A stretch of DNA of 64,000 bases from Scyliorhinus canicula (Eukaryota): NCBI RefSeq assembly GCF_902713615.1, contig NC_052158.1, positions 20,518,546 through 20,582,545 on the forward strand. Direction: 5' to 3'. Position 1 is the stretch's first letter; every line of letters begins with the position of its first letter. The notes under the pieces were generated by a model. That model had not been told where the DNA came from. It saw only the letters and a list, made by a program, of their open reading frames with translations, and made no database searches. A program made the position numbers and the translations under genes. This document shows positions 11,712 to 23,153 of the stretch, piece by piece.

Positions 11712-12599
11712 GGGGGCGATTTTCAGCTTGCACCGTCCAGCTGTGGGAAACTTTGCCTTGGTCCAAAATCAGAGAGAATTGAAAAACACAATTCTCCCAG
11801 CAGTGATTGGGTTTTGGAATTTTCACACTCCGCCAACCTTTGGAATTTTCAACCTCAGCCCCCTCCAGTGAAAAAGTGCGAATTGTGCCATGGGAGCCTG
11901 GGAACCTCATTTTAAAACATTAGAATGTCATTAGTGAACTCTCTCTCCAGACGTTTCCCCCTCATGGAATATTCACTGGGCATCGGCATGATGTCACGCC
12001 AGAATCATTCACAACAGTTTTGCCCAAGCATGAGGTAGTCACACCTCTGGGGGCATAGAGGTAAGTATGTTGTATAGTCCCAGGGCTGGGGGGGGGATGT
12101 GGGTAGAGGGATACACCTGGCACATGTTAGCACTGCCAGGATAGCACTGCCAGGTTGGTACTTTCCCTGGCACAGGTTGGCACTGCCAGCTTGGCACTTC
12201 CCACCTGACAGTGCCAACTTGACAATCTTGTCGGGGGAAGTGCTGGGGGGAGGGAAGGAGAACAGAAATTGAGATGGTCTGCCAGCGATAAATGACGGGC
12301 GGGGAGGGCAGAGGGGATGTTTACCAGTGAAAATGTTGGGGATCGGGGTGGAGCCCCTGAGACCTCTGTGAGGTGGTCAGACTGCAGCGCTGCCTAGGGC
12401 GCCCCATTCTGTTTGGAGCTGGTTTCTGGCTCGAAGATGCTCCACCCCCCCCCCCCAAATGTCAGCATAAACCGTGTCCACTCATTTTTGGCAAAGTGGC
12501 TTAAATCTCTGTGAGAAATCCCATCCACCATCAGCGGGATTTGCACCATTTTTCCCATCGGAACTGACACTTGGCCATTTTTTGGGAAGGTTCTGCCTT
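11712..12599. mobile_element. Non-autonomous DNA element with Harbinger-like termini
   Basis: Starts GGGGGCGATTTTC, ends GGGAAGGTTCTGCC; internal GGCACTGCCAGG repeats. Confidence 0.5.
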
Positions 12600-13309
12600 T
12601 GGTGTTTGGGTACCGCGAATCCATGCACAGTGTGATGTACCTACGCACAGAGGTAAATATCAGGATTGGGGCGATGTTGGGCACTTTTTTCCTTCGTTAT
12701 CCAGAAGGCCAATCATTGTGTCCCTTTGAATGTGGTCCATTTTTGACCCCCTGATGAAGGGAAAAATAGCTCGGGTGATAGCCACCATGCAGGAGAGTGA
12801 GGAATGGATCAGACCTCGCACCCGATGAGCAAGTTCTGAGCCGCAATGGAGAGAGAGCATCGCTCTCACGTGCCCAGTTCTTTACCCATGGCTTCTTAAT
12901 CTCTCCAGTTTCTAATACACAAGCTGGTTCCTCTGAACCATACCCCCAGAACCTTCAGGAGTCTGACCTGACGGTAAGGGGACAAGCTATCGGGTTCTTG
13001 GAGTTAATAGATCCTTCACTTTATGAAAGCCAGAGTGATAGAGATGTGGTTAAGTGTAAAGGATTATGTATCTCAACCAACATTCCATTTCTATTCATTG
13101 GATCTTGCTCTGCACAAGTTAGCTGCTGCCACATTTTAAAAATGGATTCCATTTGTTGTAAAAATGCTTTGGGATGATGAGGTACAGAATGTGTTCTATA
13201 CGTTCAGGTTTTGCTTTGTCAGGTGCAAATGGCGAGATTGACAGTTTTTCCAGTTCAATGATTATATTCACTCGGATATTATATTCCACAGATGCTGTCA
13301 GGCCTGCTG

Positions 13310-14982
13310 AGATTGCCCATTCGCTGGAGGAGGTGGCCCAGTTTCAGGTGGGGCATTTTATGAAGCGCTGTGGAGCATGCCCCAGTCTCAGGTGGGCATT
13401 GCGGGTGGTATGCTCCACAGCATGCCCATTCGCTGGAGGTGGCGTCCAAGTCTCAGGTGGGCATTGCGGGGGGCACGCCACAGCATGTGGTATTCACTGA
13501 GGGGCATCGCCAGGGCATTGACACTGTGCTGCAGACATTGGGGCAGACACTGAGACTCGATCCAGCTGCCCCTCCGGCCCGAGGTGAACCCGAGGGACCT
13601 ATGGGCACCGACTTGGAGGAGGGGGTCAATCCAGAGCCATCCTATGGAGTGGCGACTGCAGCCACCAACTCCCCCAGGTTTCACCCGCCCTGTCAATGGC
13701 GCATCTCGCAGTCAGTACCCGGTACAGTGTGGCATGGTGGGGCATGTGCTACTGGTAAGTGCGCCAGGGCCCTCCGGCCTCAGAGCCCCCAGAGGACGTT
13801 CATCAGGGGCATCGAAGGCCCTAAGATATGGTAAGTAGCAGGCTGCTTCCACCTCTAATGAGTATCCTGGAGGCACACCTAGATGCAGCGGTAGAGCAAG
13901 GCAGGCTAAGCACGTTGAGGATCACAGAGAGAGCGCTGAGTGGGAGGAGGAGGAGGGGGTATGGGTGTAGGGCATGAGAGGTGTGCAGGGGAAAGGGTGC
14001 TGGCTGGGTCTAGGAGGGGTGGGGAGAGTGGGACAGCACCATTGGGAGAGTGGAGCAATTGGGGACACTTACGTACATCATTAAAACCTGTTGACCTTGA
14101 CCAATATGACGCCTCTGACACTTTGTTCCACAATGCCAGCCGAGCACCAATCCCATGCCCCATTTCCCCAGTCATGAAGTCCTGGGCTCTTCTTCCTCCT
14201 GTGGCGTCTAGCCACCAGCTGTGCCCAGGCACAGTGTCCAGGCATCACGGTCTGATTGGGATGCTGGCCAATAGGAACCACATGCTACAGGGACGCCTAA
14301 CCAAGGGGATCCCCTTGGAAGGTGCGGACTTAACTTTGATTGCTAATTCCCAATTAGTTATAGCCTTCATGCAGAAAGAGGCCTATGGGAGTTATGGGTG
14401 GTTGGTGGGGCAGGCGGGCAGGGGTTGCCCCTGGTCCACGGTCCAGTGGTTGGCATGGTGGACCCACGGGCGCTGAGACACCCATCATTACCCCCCCACC
14501 CCCCACCCCCTCTCCAAGCCTAGCCCAGGCCATGGGCGGCTCCCCTGCCCCCCACAACGTCCCTCCCCCAACACCAATAGCTACCCACCCCGACTGAGGC
14601 TGTCACCCCAGTGGCTCCCCCACCCCACCTCCGAGCATCGGGGCAGCAGCCGCCAAGCCCCCGGACTCTTTGCCTGTGAGCGAAGATGGCCACTCACCTC
14701 CACAGGTCCCCGCAGCAGCCCTTCTGCCACATTCACGTTTTTAAAAAGAATCACTAATCAGCGCCCACGTGACCACTTGCTGGGGAGGCCGTTAGATAGG
14801 GGGTCGCTCCAGTTAATTGTATGGAGATGGGGCTTAAGTGGTGATTATTGCTTTCTCACCACGCCATGCCATGATCCAGAGGACCGGTTAGATCACAAAC
14901 AGATTGGCGCCCAACGCAGTTCTCGATTTTGGCCTCTCACGTGATTTACCAACCACGCCACGCTCTCACATAAATCGCGCCC
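13310..14982. mobile_element. 5'-truncated PIF/Harbinger-like element
   Basis: Right TIR TAAATCGCGCCC (14971-14982) matches the MITE TIRs; + strand remnants with repeated amphipathic motifs and a basic PGPS..RAPRGR..QQAASTS..PR.SGRAR C-terminus resemble Harbinger Myb-like accessory proteins. Confidence 0.55.
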
Positions 14983-15254
14983 TGCTTTTGTTTCTCATTC
15001 CAGCATCTGCAGTAATTTGCTTTTATTATCGTTATATTCAGTCTTGCTGGTTATACATTCTCCGAGTCAATGTATATGCGTGGTACAAAAGGAGGCCTCT
15101 GTCTGTGGAAACAGGAAACAAGATGCGCCATGATTTATTTAAACATGGTTCTTTCAAACGAAAGCAAGTCTGAAATTCAAACAACAATGGAAATTCTGAG
15201 CAGGTCTGACAGCAATACTGAAGAGAGAAAGGGAGTTAATACTTCAGGCTGCAG

Positions 15255-15491
15255 GGGCAGCACGGTGGCACAGTGGTTAGCATTGTTGCCTATGGCGCTG
15301 AGGACCTGGGTTCGAATCCCGGCCCTGGGTCACTGTCCGTGTGGAGTTTGCTCATTCTCCCCGTGTCTGCGTGGGTTTCACCCCCACAACCCAAAAGATG
15401 TGCATGCTAGGTAGATTGGCCAAACTAAATTGCCCCTTAACTGGAAAAAAAAATTGGGTACTCTAAATTTATTAAAAAAAAATAAAAAAAT
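15255..15491 (+). mobile_element. HE1-type SINE with TSD TTCAGGCTGC
   Basis: TSD at 15243-15252 and 15492-15501; A-rich tail. Confidence 0.9.
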
Positions 15492-16380
15492 TTCAGGCTG
15501 CTGACCTTGATCAGTACCGGAGAAATTAGAATCGCAGAATTATTGCAACGCAAAAGGCCATTCGGTCCATCGGTCTGCACCTGCTCTCTGAGCGGGCAAA
15601 TTATTTAGTGCCATTGCCCTGCCTTCTCCACCTAACCCTGCACGTTCCTCCTCTTCAGTTAACAGTCTAATTCCATTTTGAATATCTTCAATTTGTAAGC
15701 CAATATAATATTTGCTTGCTTTTTAATGTATTAATCGTGTAACAGCTGTTTCTTTTATGTTAATTAATGCAGACCAGTTGCGTGGTGATGCTATGTGGAG
15801 AGTGTGTCTCGTGGTGGTAACCAGGAACATCGAAGCGAAGCAGTCCCCTGACTGAAGCACATGAAGAATTGCATTGTGGGTGCAAGGCAGCATGGGTAAT
15901 TTAGTCAAGACACAGCCTTGCCGGAGGTAACGGGTCTTGCAAAGCGTATTTAAAACTACAAAATTGTTTGCCTCAGACTGTGAGAAAGATATGACCATTT
16001 TGTGTGAAGGTACTACAGGTGTCTGCGTAACAGCCTGGAGATTGATAACAGTTTAAAAAAGTAACAAAACTAGTTAGGTCTATGTGGCCTTGTGAGAGGG
16101 CCCTGGGCATCAAACATCCGAAAAATGCATTGGTGTGTTTGCAAACGAAAATGGGCTAAAAACAAATATTACTGTATGTCAGTGGCCGGAGTCAAAAACA
16201 ACATAAAGAAAGTGCACACAATTGCTGCAGTGGGTCAGAGTAGTTTGGTTAGCCTTGGCAGAGTCATCATTGGCAGATTGACCACTGAGATTAATTCTGG
16301 CTCACAGGGCTACGAAGTACCCAAGCTGTGGGTGTGTGCTATTACCTTGCGGCATTAATAAAGATATACCACATTCAGTA

Positions 16381-16530
16381 AAAATGAAAATCGCTTATTA
16401 TCACGAGTAGGCTTCAATGAAGTGACTGTGAAACGCCCCTAGTCGCCACATTCCGGCGCCTGTTCGGGGAGGCTGGCCTACCTTGGTCTGCTTTCAAAGC
16501 CAGCGATTTAGCCCAGTGTGCTAAACAGCC
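16381..16530 (-). mobile_element. Short SINE family 2
   Basis: Reverse complement of GGCTGTTTAGCACACTGGGCTAAATCGCTGG... Confidence 0.85.
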
Positions 16531-16766
16531 GTGAAGTGGTATCCAAGTTATCGTGTGCCACTAATACCGAGTAGAGGCAAGAAACTTTAGAACTGTGGAC
16601 AGTAGTGGATGGCAAAGGCACATGGGAAAAAAAACAGAGAATCTGGGTCCAGAGGAGGAACATTGCGAACACTTTTAGCCACGTGTTTCCTGGTGCTCTC
16701 AGCACCAAGAAAAGGCAATGCTATATAACGCAACTCTGTTTTGATATAGAGTGCTGAATTCACTAC

Positions 16767-16920
16767 CGGCGTGATTCTCCATTTTGCCGGCGCCCGGGGT
16801 CTTCCCGACGGCGTGGGGCTGCTGCATAATGGCAAACCCCATTGACCAGCTGGCGTAACGGAGAATCCCGTCGGCGGATTGGGCAAAAATGTGGCGCAGC
16901 GGGGCGGAGAAAATCCTCCC
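16767..16920. mobile_element. Short GC-rich MITE
   Basis: GGCGTGATTCTCC ... GGAGAAAATCCTCCC. Confidence 0.65.
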
Positions 16921-17099
16921 ATGGCCTCAGCGGGAAACGAGCAGCGGAGGCCGCACTTAATCCTGTTTCCAACACAGAGGAGCCCCGCTCACTGGAACTC
17001 CTCAGTGCACGGAGAGTTCAGGACGGCATTTTAAAATGGCAGTCCAAATCTACTGAGCCTCCGACGTGACCCCTGAAGCCCCGGCTTCCTCTCTGTCTT

Positions 17100-17390
17100 C
17101 CAACTTCTTCCACTGGGCAGAAGATACAAAAGACTGAGAATACGCACTGGCAGATTCAAAAACAGCTTCTTCCCCACTGTTACCAGATTCTTATAGACTG
17201 AACTGGTCTCTTCACACATCTTCCCTACTTAATAGTACTGCACTCCTGTATGCTTAACCAGGTGCCTGTGTCTATGTACTTACATTGTGTTTTTATGCCC
17301 TATGTTTTTTTCATGTATGGAATAATCTGTCTCAACTGTACGTGGAACAATACTTTTCACTATACCTCTGTACAGGTGATAATAAACAGA
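17100..17390 (+). mobile_element. LINE 3' end, Rex/Babar-like
   Basis: GATTCAAAAACAGCTTCTTCCCC...CAATACTTTTCACT.TACCTC..TACA.GTGA.AATAAAC; family assignment from memory. Confidence 0.5.
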
Positions 17391-18129
17391 TCCAATCCCA
17401 AAGCCCCAGGAGTGCCATTCTACCTGATTGTGTGGACCAGGACTGACCGGCACTCACTCGAGGTCTCTGAAGTGAAGGGATAGATACCTCAGTTACATCA
17501 GTGAACTGCAAATTAGAGTGAGGCTAACTGTCTTACTGTCATATGCATATTTGGCAAGAAGTGATTCCGTGCACAATGGGCGGGATTCTCATCGCAATGT
17601 CTCACGAGATCGCATTCAATCTCGCGAGGTATAGTGAGCTGGTTAGATCCCAGTGGCGGATCTTCTGCCATCTACCAGCCACATTGAGCCAGTGCACTGA
17701 TGTTCAGGTGCAAAGAGGCCGGCAGATCACGCCCCTTAGAACCTTCCAAGAGCCAGCTGAAGAGCTATCTTGTCAGACACTTCTGTTCAACTTAAAATTC
17801 TACGGCAAACTGCAAAACTACAGACAGACCAGGCTCCACCCATTAATCGGTCTCCTCCCATAAGATATCCCAAGACCTGTTTATCCAGGACTAAGCACCG
17901 TCCTTCATAAATTATCTAAACCCCAGGGCTCCTCCAGAATCAAAGCAATGTTTTATTAGCCATCTGTCTGAAAACACGTCAATGGTTCAAATTAATGTTT
18001 TATCACCTTTACCATCCCTTAATCGCAGCTCTAACAGACATACTGCCTGTATGTATCTTCAACCGGGTTTTTGTAAAATAACATTACTGCCACAAATATA
18101 AAATATAATAAATAACAATTTCCAACATT

Positions 18130-18410
18130 CATCACACCCTCTAATTGCTCTAGAGAAGATGGCGGTGAGCTCACCAACCATTGCAGTGCAGTATGTTTAG
18201 CAGTATGGGAGCTTTGCTAGGTTATTTCAGAGGCTAGTTAAGATTGTGGGTCTGGAGTCATGTGTAGACCAGACCAGATAAGGATGACAGTTTTCCTTCC
18301 CTGAAGAACATTGGTGAAGCAGATGGTTTTTACAACAATCGAGGATAGTTTCTTGGTCACCATTGCTGAGACGAGCTTACCGTTCCAGATTTATTACTTC
18401 GCTGTTTACT
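18130..18410 (-). mobile_element. DeuSINE (SacSINE1/AmnSINE1-like) copy
   Basis: Reverse complement of the Deu-domain-like GGGAAGGAAA..TG.C.TCCTTA.CTGGTCTGG. Confidence 0.6.
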
Positions 18411-18724
18411 GAACCTTCCCCCAGTAGAGAAACAGTGATTGGCCCTGAGTTACACAACCCTTAATTGGCTTGGGGTCTGGTTTGGCAGTCAGTTCACGGT
18501 CACGTATCTAGGAATGGAGGTTAGATCACTCGGGCGCAGACCTAATTTCGACTGACTACAGCTTGGAGGCCTGGAACCAAGGGGGCAAAGGATGATTCTC
18601 TTCTGGAGGGTTGGCAGGAGGAGGACATGCAACCAGACTGAGCAGGCCTGGATGAAAATAGCCTGCCACAGTAAGCGGAAATGTATGGCATGAAGACATT
18701 GGATTCAATGCTGGAAGGGGTCGC

Positions 18725-19035
18725 AATGGTTGCATCTAGTAATCCAGAGGCCCAGACTCATGCTCTGGGAACTTGCATTCAAATCTCACCATGCCAGCTT
18801 GTGCAATTCAAATTCAAATAATTCAATCAAAATGGGGATTTGAAAGCTACAGTCTCAGTAATAGTGACCATCAACTATCACTGACACATCAACAGGCCAA
18901 TCACTGATTGTCACAATAACACAACTGGGTCACAGATGACCTTTAGGGAAGGTAATCTGTAATCTTTACCTGGTCTGGCCAACCTGTGACTCCAGACCCA
19001 TACCAGTGCAATTGACTCTTAACTGCTCTTGAGGC
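18725..19035 (+). mobile_element. DeuSINE (SacSINE1/AmnSINE1-like) copy
   Basis: AGTAATCCAGAGGCCCAG...CCTTTAGGGAAGG.AATCTG...CTGGTCTGGCC...GTGACTCCAGACCCA. Confidence 0.65.
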
Positions 19036-19182
19036 CTCCAACTGCAGGCCTTGTCCGTGACATCCCCATCCCCAGTGAACATAATGATCTGATTTGCTCT
19101 GGCAAGCCCAACCCTCAGGTCAGGCCACTGTGCATTAACGCTGCAGCACAACTACCAGCTGAGGTGCCTTCAGACACAGGTT

Positions 19183-19453
19183 TGAAGTGTCGGCTAGAGT
19201 AGACTTGAGAGATGAACAGACACTTCCAACACTGATGAAGGTTCAACTCAATTTTATTAACTAACTTCTAACTAACTAACACACGATGACTGTGGGTCTA
19301 AATGATGCTAACTTAAACTAGAGACCTCAGCCTTGTCCGAACCAGTTGATTCTCTCAGCACGTGGTGTGAGTCTGTGCTGGGATGGATGAGTTCTTGTGA
19401 CACTCAGAGGCAGCACCCAGAATGCCCTCTGCCTTTATAGTGTGTGTATTCTA
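19183..19453 (-). mobile_element. Inverted partial Gypsy LTR (LTR nt ~99-359)
   Basis: Reverse complement of 20130-20390 with 2 larger indels and about 6 small differences; starts exactly at the LTR 3' terminus. Confidence 0.95.
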
Positions 19454-19763
19454 CCCGATTCCGAAACGTGAGGAGCTCACGACCGAGATGGCCCACGCCA
19501 AACTCCTCTCAAAGTTGGATGCCTCGAAGGGTTTCTGGCAGATCCAATTAGATGAGTCAAGCAGGAAGCTGTGTACATTCAACACACCCTTTGGCAGGTT
19601 CTGCTACAACTGGATGCCATTCGGCATCATTTCTGCATCCGAAGATTTACATCGGATCATGGAGCAGATGATGGAGGGGATCGATGGCGTCCGGGTATAT
19701 GTCGACGGCATTATTATCTGGTCAACCAGGGTTCGTCGCCCACCTCAGAGACTGGATTTATGA
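19454..19763 (+). pseudogene. Gypsy RT segment fused to the integrase C-terminus
   Basis: YPIPKREE...KLDASKGFWQIQLDE...TFNTPFGRF...MPFG...VYVDGIIIWST followed directly by RVRRPPQRLDL*. Confidence 0.9.
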
Positions 19764-20031
19764 ACTCTGTACACATGTGGACTTTCTGAAATTTTTTTTA
19801 ATATATCCTTCAGTGTTGCATTCGTTCTCCAGTGATTTGTAAATAGTTTAGTTGGTTGTTCCAGTTCATGGTAGTCATCTGCACCAGGCACCTTCCTCTG
19901 TAAATAGTCTTGTTCCCTGTATTTTGCTTTGTACATATGTCTTCGCACCTCGTAGCTAGGTACATTCTCCACACATCCATTCTGTTTATTATCACATGCC
20001 TATATCAAATTTTTTTTAATAAAAGCGAGGA

Positions 20032-20390
20032 TGTCATAATATACACCAATATATCATGGTGCAGACACACACTGATGGACACACACAGGGACCAATCAAC
20101 ATGTACAAACACCGCAGCCAATCACCAGTTAGAATACACACACTATAAAGGCAGAGGGCACCACGGTTCCCGCTCATTCTGGGTGCTGCCTCTGAGTGTA
20201 ACAAGAACTCATCCAGCCCAGCACAGACTCGGTTCGGACAAGGCTGAGGTCTCTAGTTTAAATTAGCATCATTTAGACCCACAGTCATCGTGTGTTAGTT
20301 AGTTAGAAGTAGTTAATAAAATTGAGTTGAACCTTCATCAGTGTTGGAAGTGTCTGTTCATCTCTCAAGTCTACACTAGCCAACACTTCA
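20032..20390 (+). mobile_element. Gypsy LTR (359 bp, TG...CA)
   Basis: TGTCATAAT...ACACTTCA; TATAAA at ~20144; AATAAA; preceded by purine tract AAAAGCGAGGA and followed by a PBS. Confidence 0.9.
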
Positions 20391-20403
20391 TGGTACCAGG
20401 AGT
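20391..20403 (+). promoter_or_regulatory. Primer-binding site, tRNA-Leu(UAA)-like
   Basis: TGGTACCAGGAGT is complementary to the ...ACUCCUGGUACCA 3' end of vertebrate tRNA-Leu(UAA). Confidence 0.75.
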
Positions 20404-20475
20404 TGAGGGATGTCGCACTTCTGACACCTACCTTTCAGCGATCTGCCTTCCACCAGTCTCGCGCCATCCTACAGA

Positions 20476-22223
20476 ATGGACTCTGTTCGCCCGCCGCCGC
20501 CTCTCTGCATTGCCGGGAATCTAGGCTCGAACTGGAAACTTTTCAAACAGCGCTTCCAGCTGTACCTCGAGGCCAGGGACCTGGAAGCAGCCTCGGACGC
20601 ACGGAAGATTGCTCTCTTCCTCTTCACATCTGGGGACCACACTCTGCACATTTTCAACTCGCTCACCTTCGATGAGGGGGAGGGCAAATCAAAGTTCAAG
20701 ACCGTAATTCTAAAGTTCAACAGCCATTGCGCGGTCGAGGTCAATGAGAGCGTCGAGAGATACATGTTTCAGCAGCGAATTCAGGGTAAGGATGAGCCTT
20801 TCCAGTCCTTTATCATCCATCTCCGCATCCTTGCGCAGTCCTGCAACTACGGGTCCACCTCTGACTCCATGCTCCGTGACCAGATTGTTTTTGGTGTTCA
20901 ATCTGAGCCCCTGCGCCAGCAGCTACTAAAAGTAAAGCAGCTCACTCTCTCTACGGCCAATGGGACCTGTGCACTTCATGAACATGCCTCTACGCGCTAC
21001 TCCTGCATCCAGGCTGCTGAAACGGTACGGCAAGCCCCTTACGAGGCAGAACAGGCTAAAATGATTAAATCTTTTCAGGCTCTGGATCTGAACGATGGCG
21101 GCCATTTCACGCGCTTTTCGCGGAGTCCCGCGCTTACACGCAGCGAGCGTGCTGACGTCACAGACCGCTTCGCGCAGGTGTGCGCCTCGCTGGATCGCCC
21201 CGCGCATGCGCGGTGGCGCGATGAACGTCCCGACGCTCCGGCGTGCGGCAGCTGCAGCTCCGCCCACTTAAACGGCGATGTCCCGCGAAGTCCCGACACT
21301 GCCTGCAGTGTGGCAAACGAGGCCACTACGCTGCAATGTGCAGGTCTTCCATGCCTGCTGTTTTTAGGAGGTCCACCCAGCCCCACAAAGACGTCAGGGC
21401 TATCCAGCCTGCCATCAATGAACCTACTCCAGACCTTGCTTCCGACTGTGCCTGCGATGACCCACAGGTCCCGCTCCAAATTGGCTTAGTTACCATGAAC
21501 AGGATGTCCCCCAAGCGTGGCACCAAACCCGTCCACGTCCACAGTGTCGACCAGAATGATGAGTGGTGTGCCACCCTTAAGGTCAACCGGTCCCCTGCCA
21601 GGTTCCGCCTGGACACTGGCACTTCTGCCAATCTCATCGCGTTGTCTGATTTCCGCAAGCTCTGCGTACAGCCTGCTGTCCTGCCATCTGCGTGTAAATT
21701 GCTGGACTACAATGGCAATGCCATCACTGCCAGCGGCTCCTTCCGCCTTGAGGTGACACATCGTGCTCACACAGTCATTCTCCCGTTCGAGATTGTTGCT
21801 GCCTCAAAAGCCTCCTTGCTTGGTGCGCAGGCACGCCAGCTGCTCCACTTAGTGCAGAGAGTACACTCTCTCTCTTCAAGCGATGTGTCTGCATCCCCTG
21901 ACACAGACCTCAGAGCGCAACTCGACTCCATCATCCAGCAATACCATGATGTTTTCAAAGGCATGGGCACGCTCCCGTACACGTACAAAATCTTACTCAA
22001 GCCCAACGCCACGCCTGTCGTTCACGCACCTCACAGAGTCCCTGTGCCCCTTAAGGACCGCCTCCAGCAACAGCTCCAGGACCTCCAGGACCAAGGAGTC
22101 ATCTCTAGGGTCACGGAACCCACAGACTGGGTAAGCTCCATGGTCTGCGTCAAGAAACCGTCCGGCGAGTTCCATATCTGTATTGATCCGAAAGATCTGA
22201 ATCAGAATATCATGCGAATATGA
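20476..22223 (+). pseudogene. Gypsy gag-protease-RT N-terminus, one frameshift at ~21270, truncated
   Basis: Gag (NWKLFKQRFQLYL...LRDQIVFG), CCHC knuckle CLQCGKRGHYAAMC, protease LDTGTSANLI, RT start WVSSMVCVKKPSG...CIDPKDLN. Confidence 0.92.
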
Positions 22224-22727
22224 TAAGGTTGCTCTTCAACATTGCAATGGTGTGTGCTCAGGTTACTGAATAACCCCTCAGCAAGGCTGAGGATTACAGT
22301 GGTGCTAAGGCCCAGCCAGTACTGAGGCATGCAACTTTGAACAAATAGCAGCCGCTGACATTGGTCAGCACTGCCTTATCTCTCTGTCTTTTATCCTGGC
22401 AAGATGACCAATCCTTTTTTGTCCAACTAAGGGGTCCAGGTGCATAATTTGCCCTGTGCAAACAGTGAATCCCATGCACAAGCTGTGCTACACTTTACTG
22501 ACCCCAGTTTACATTGCACCCTTCAGGTTTATCACCCTGAACATGTTACGAATGCGACATTTGACACGAACCAAAGCAAAATACTGTGGCTGCTGTAGCA
22601 GAAATAAAGAGGTCAGGCAACATCTATAGAGAGAGAAAAACGAAGCGAATGTTTCAGGTTGATGATCTTTTATCAGAACTGGGACAAATAAATTACATTG
22701 CAGTTAATTAGGCTGGGACAGAGAATC

Positions 22728-23082
22728 ATAGAATCATCATAGAATCATCGAATTTACAGTGCAGAAGGAGACCATTCAGCCCATCGACTCTGCACCGGCC
22801 CTTGGAAAGAGCATCCGACCCAAGCCAACACCTCCACCGCATCCCCGCGACCCAGCAGCCCCACCCAACCTTTTTGGACAGTAAGGGCACTTTAGGATGG
22901 CCAATCCACCTAACCTGCACACCTTTGGACTGTGGGAGGGAACCGGAGCACCCGGAGGAAACTCACGCACATGCGGGGAGAATGTGCAGACTCCGCACAG
23001 ACAGTGACCCAAGCCGGAAATTGAACCGGGGCCCTGGAGCTGTGAAGCCACAGTGCTAACCACTATGCTACTGTGCCACCCG
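22728..23082 (-). mobile_element. HE1-type V-SINE
   Basis: Reverse-complement head, core and tail. Confidence 0.9.
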
Positions 23083-23153
23083 GGAAAGGAGATAACAGAG
23101 GAAAGGGAACAAAACAGAAAGCCTGTGTTAGGGTAGGAGGGAGGAGAGATTGT

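Noticed and set aside
13906-14232. Minus-strand ORF as a Myb/SANT domain
   Set aside because: Superficial W..V...FND similarity, but the spacing is too short, QCRKK is missing, and the Myb-like C-terminus lies on the opposite strand. Left unassigned.
21261-21275. Programmed -1 frameshift between gag and pol at CTTAAAC
   Set aside because: Not a canonical X XXY YYZ slippery site. It splits the zinc-knuckle region (AHL|KRRCPAK), best explained by a 1-nt deletion in a dead copy.
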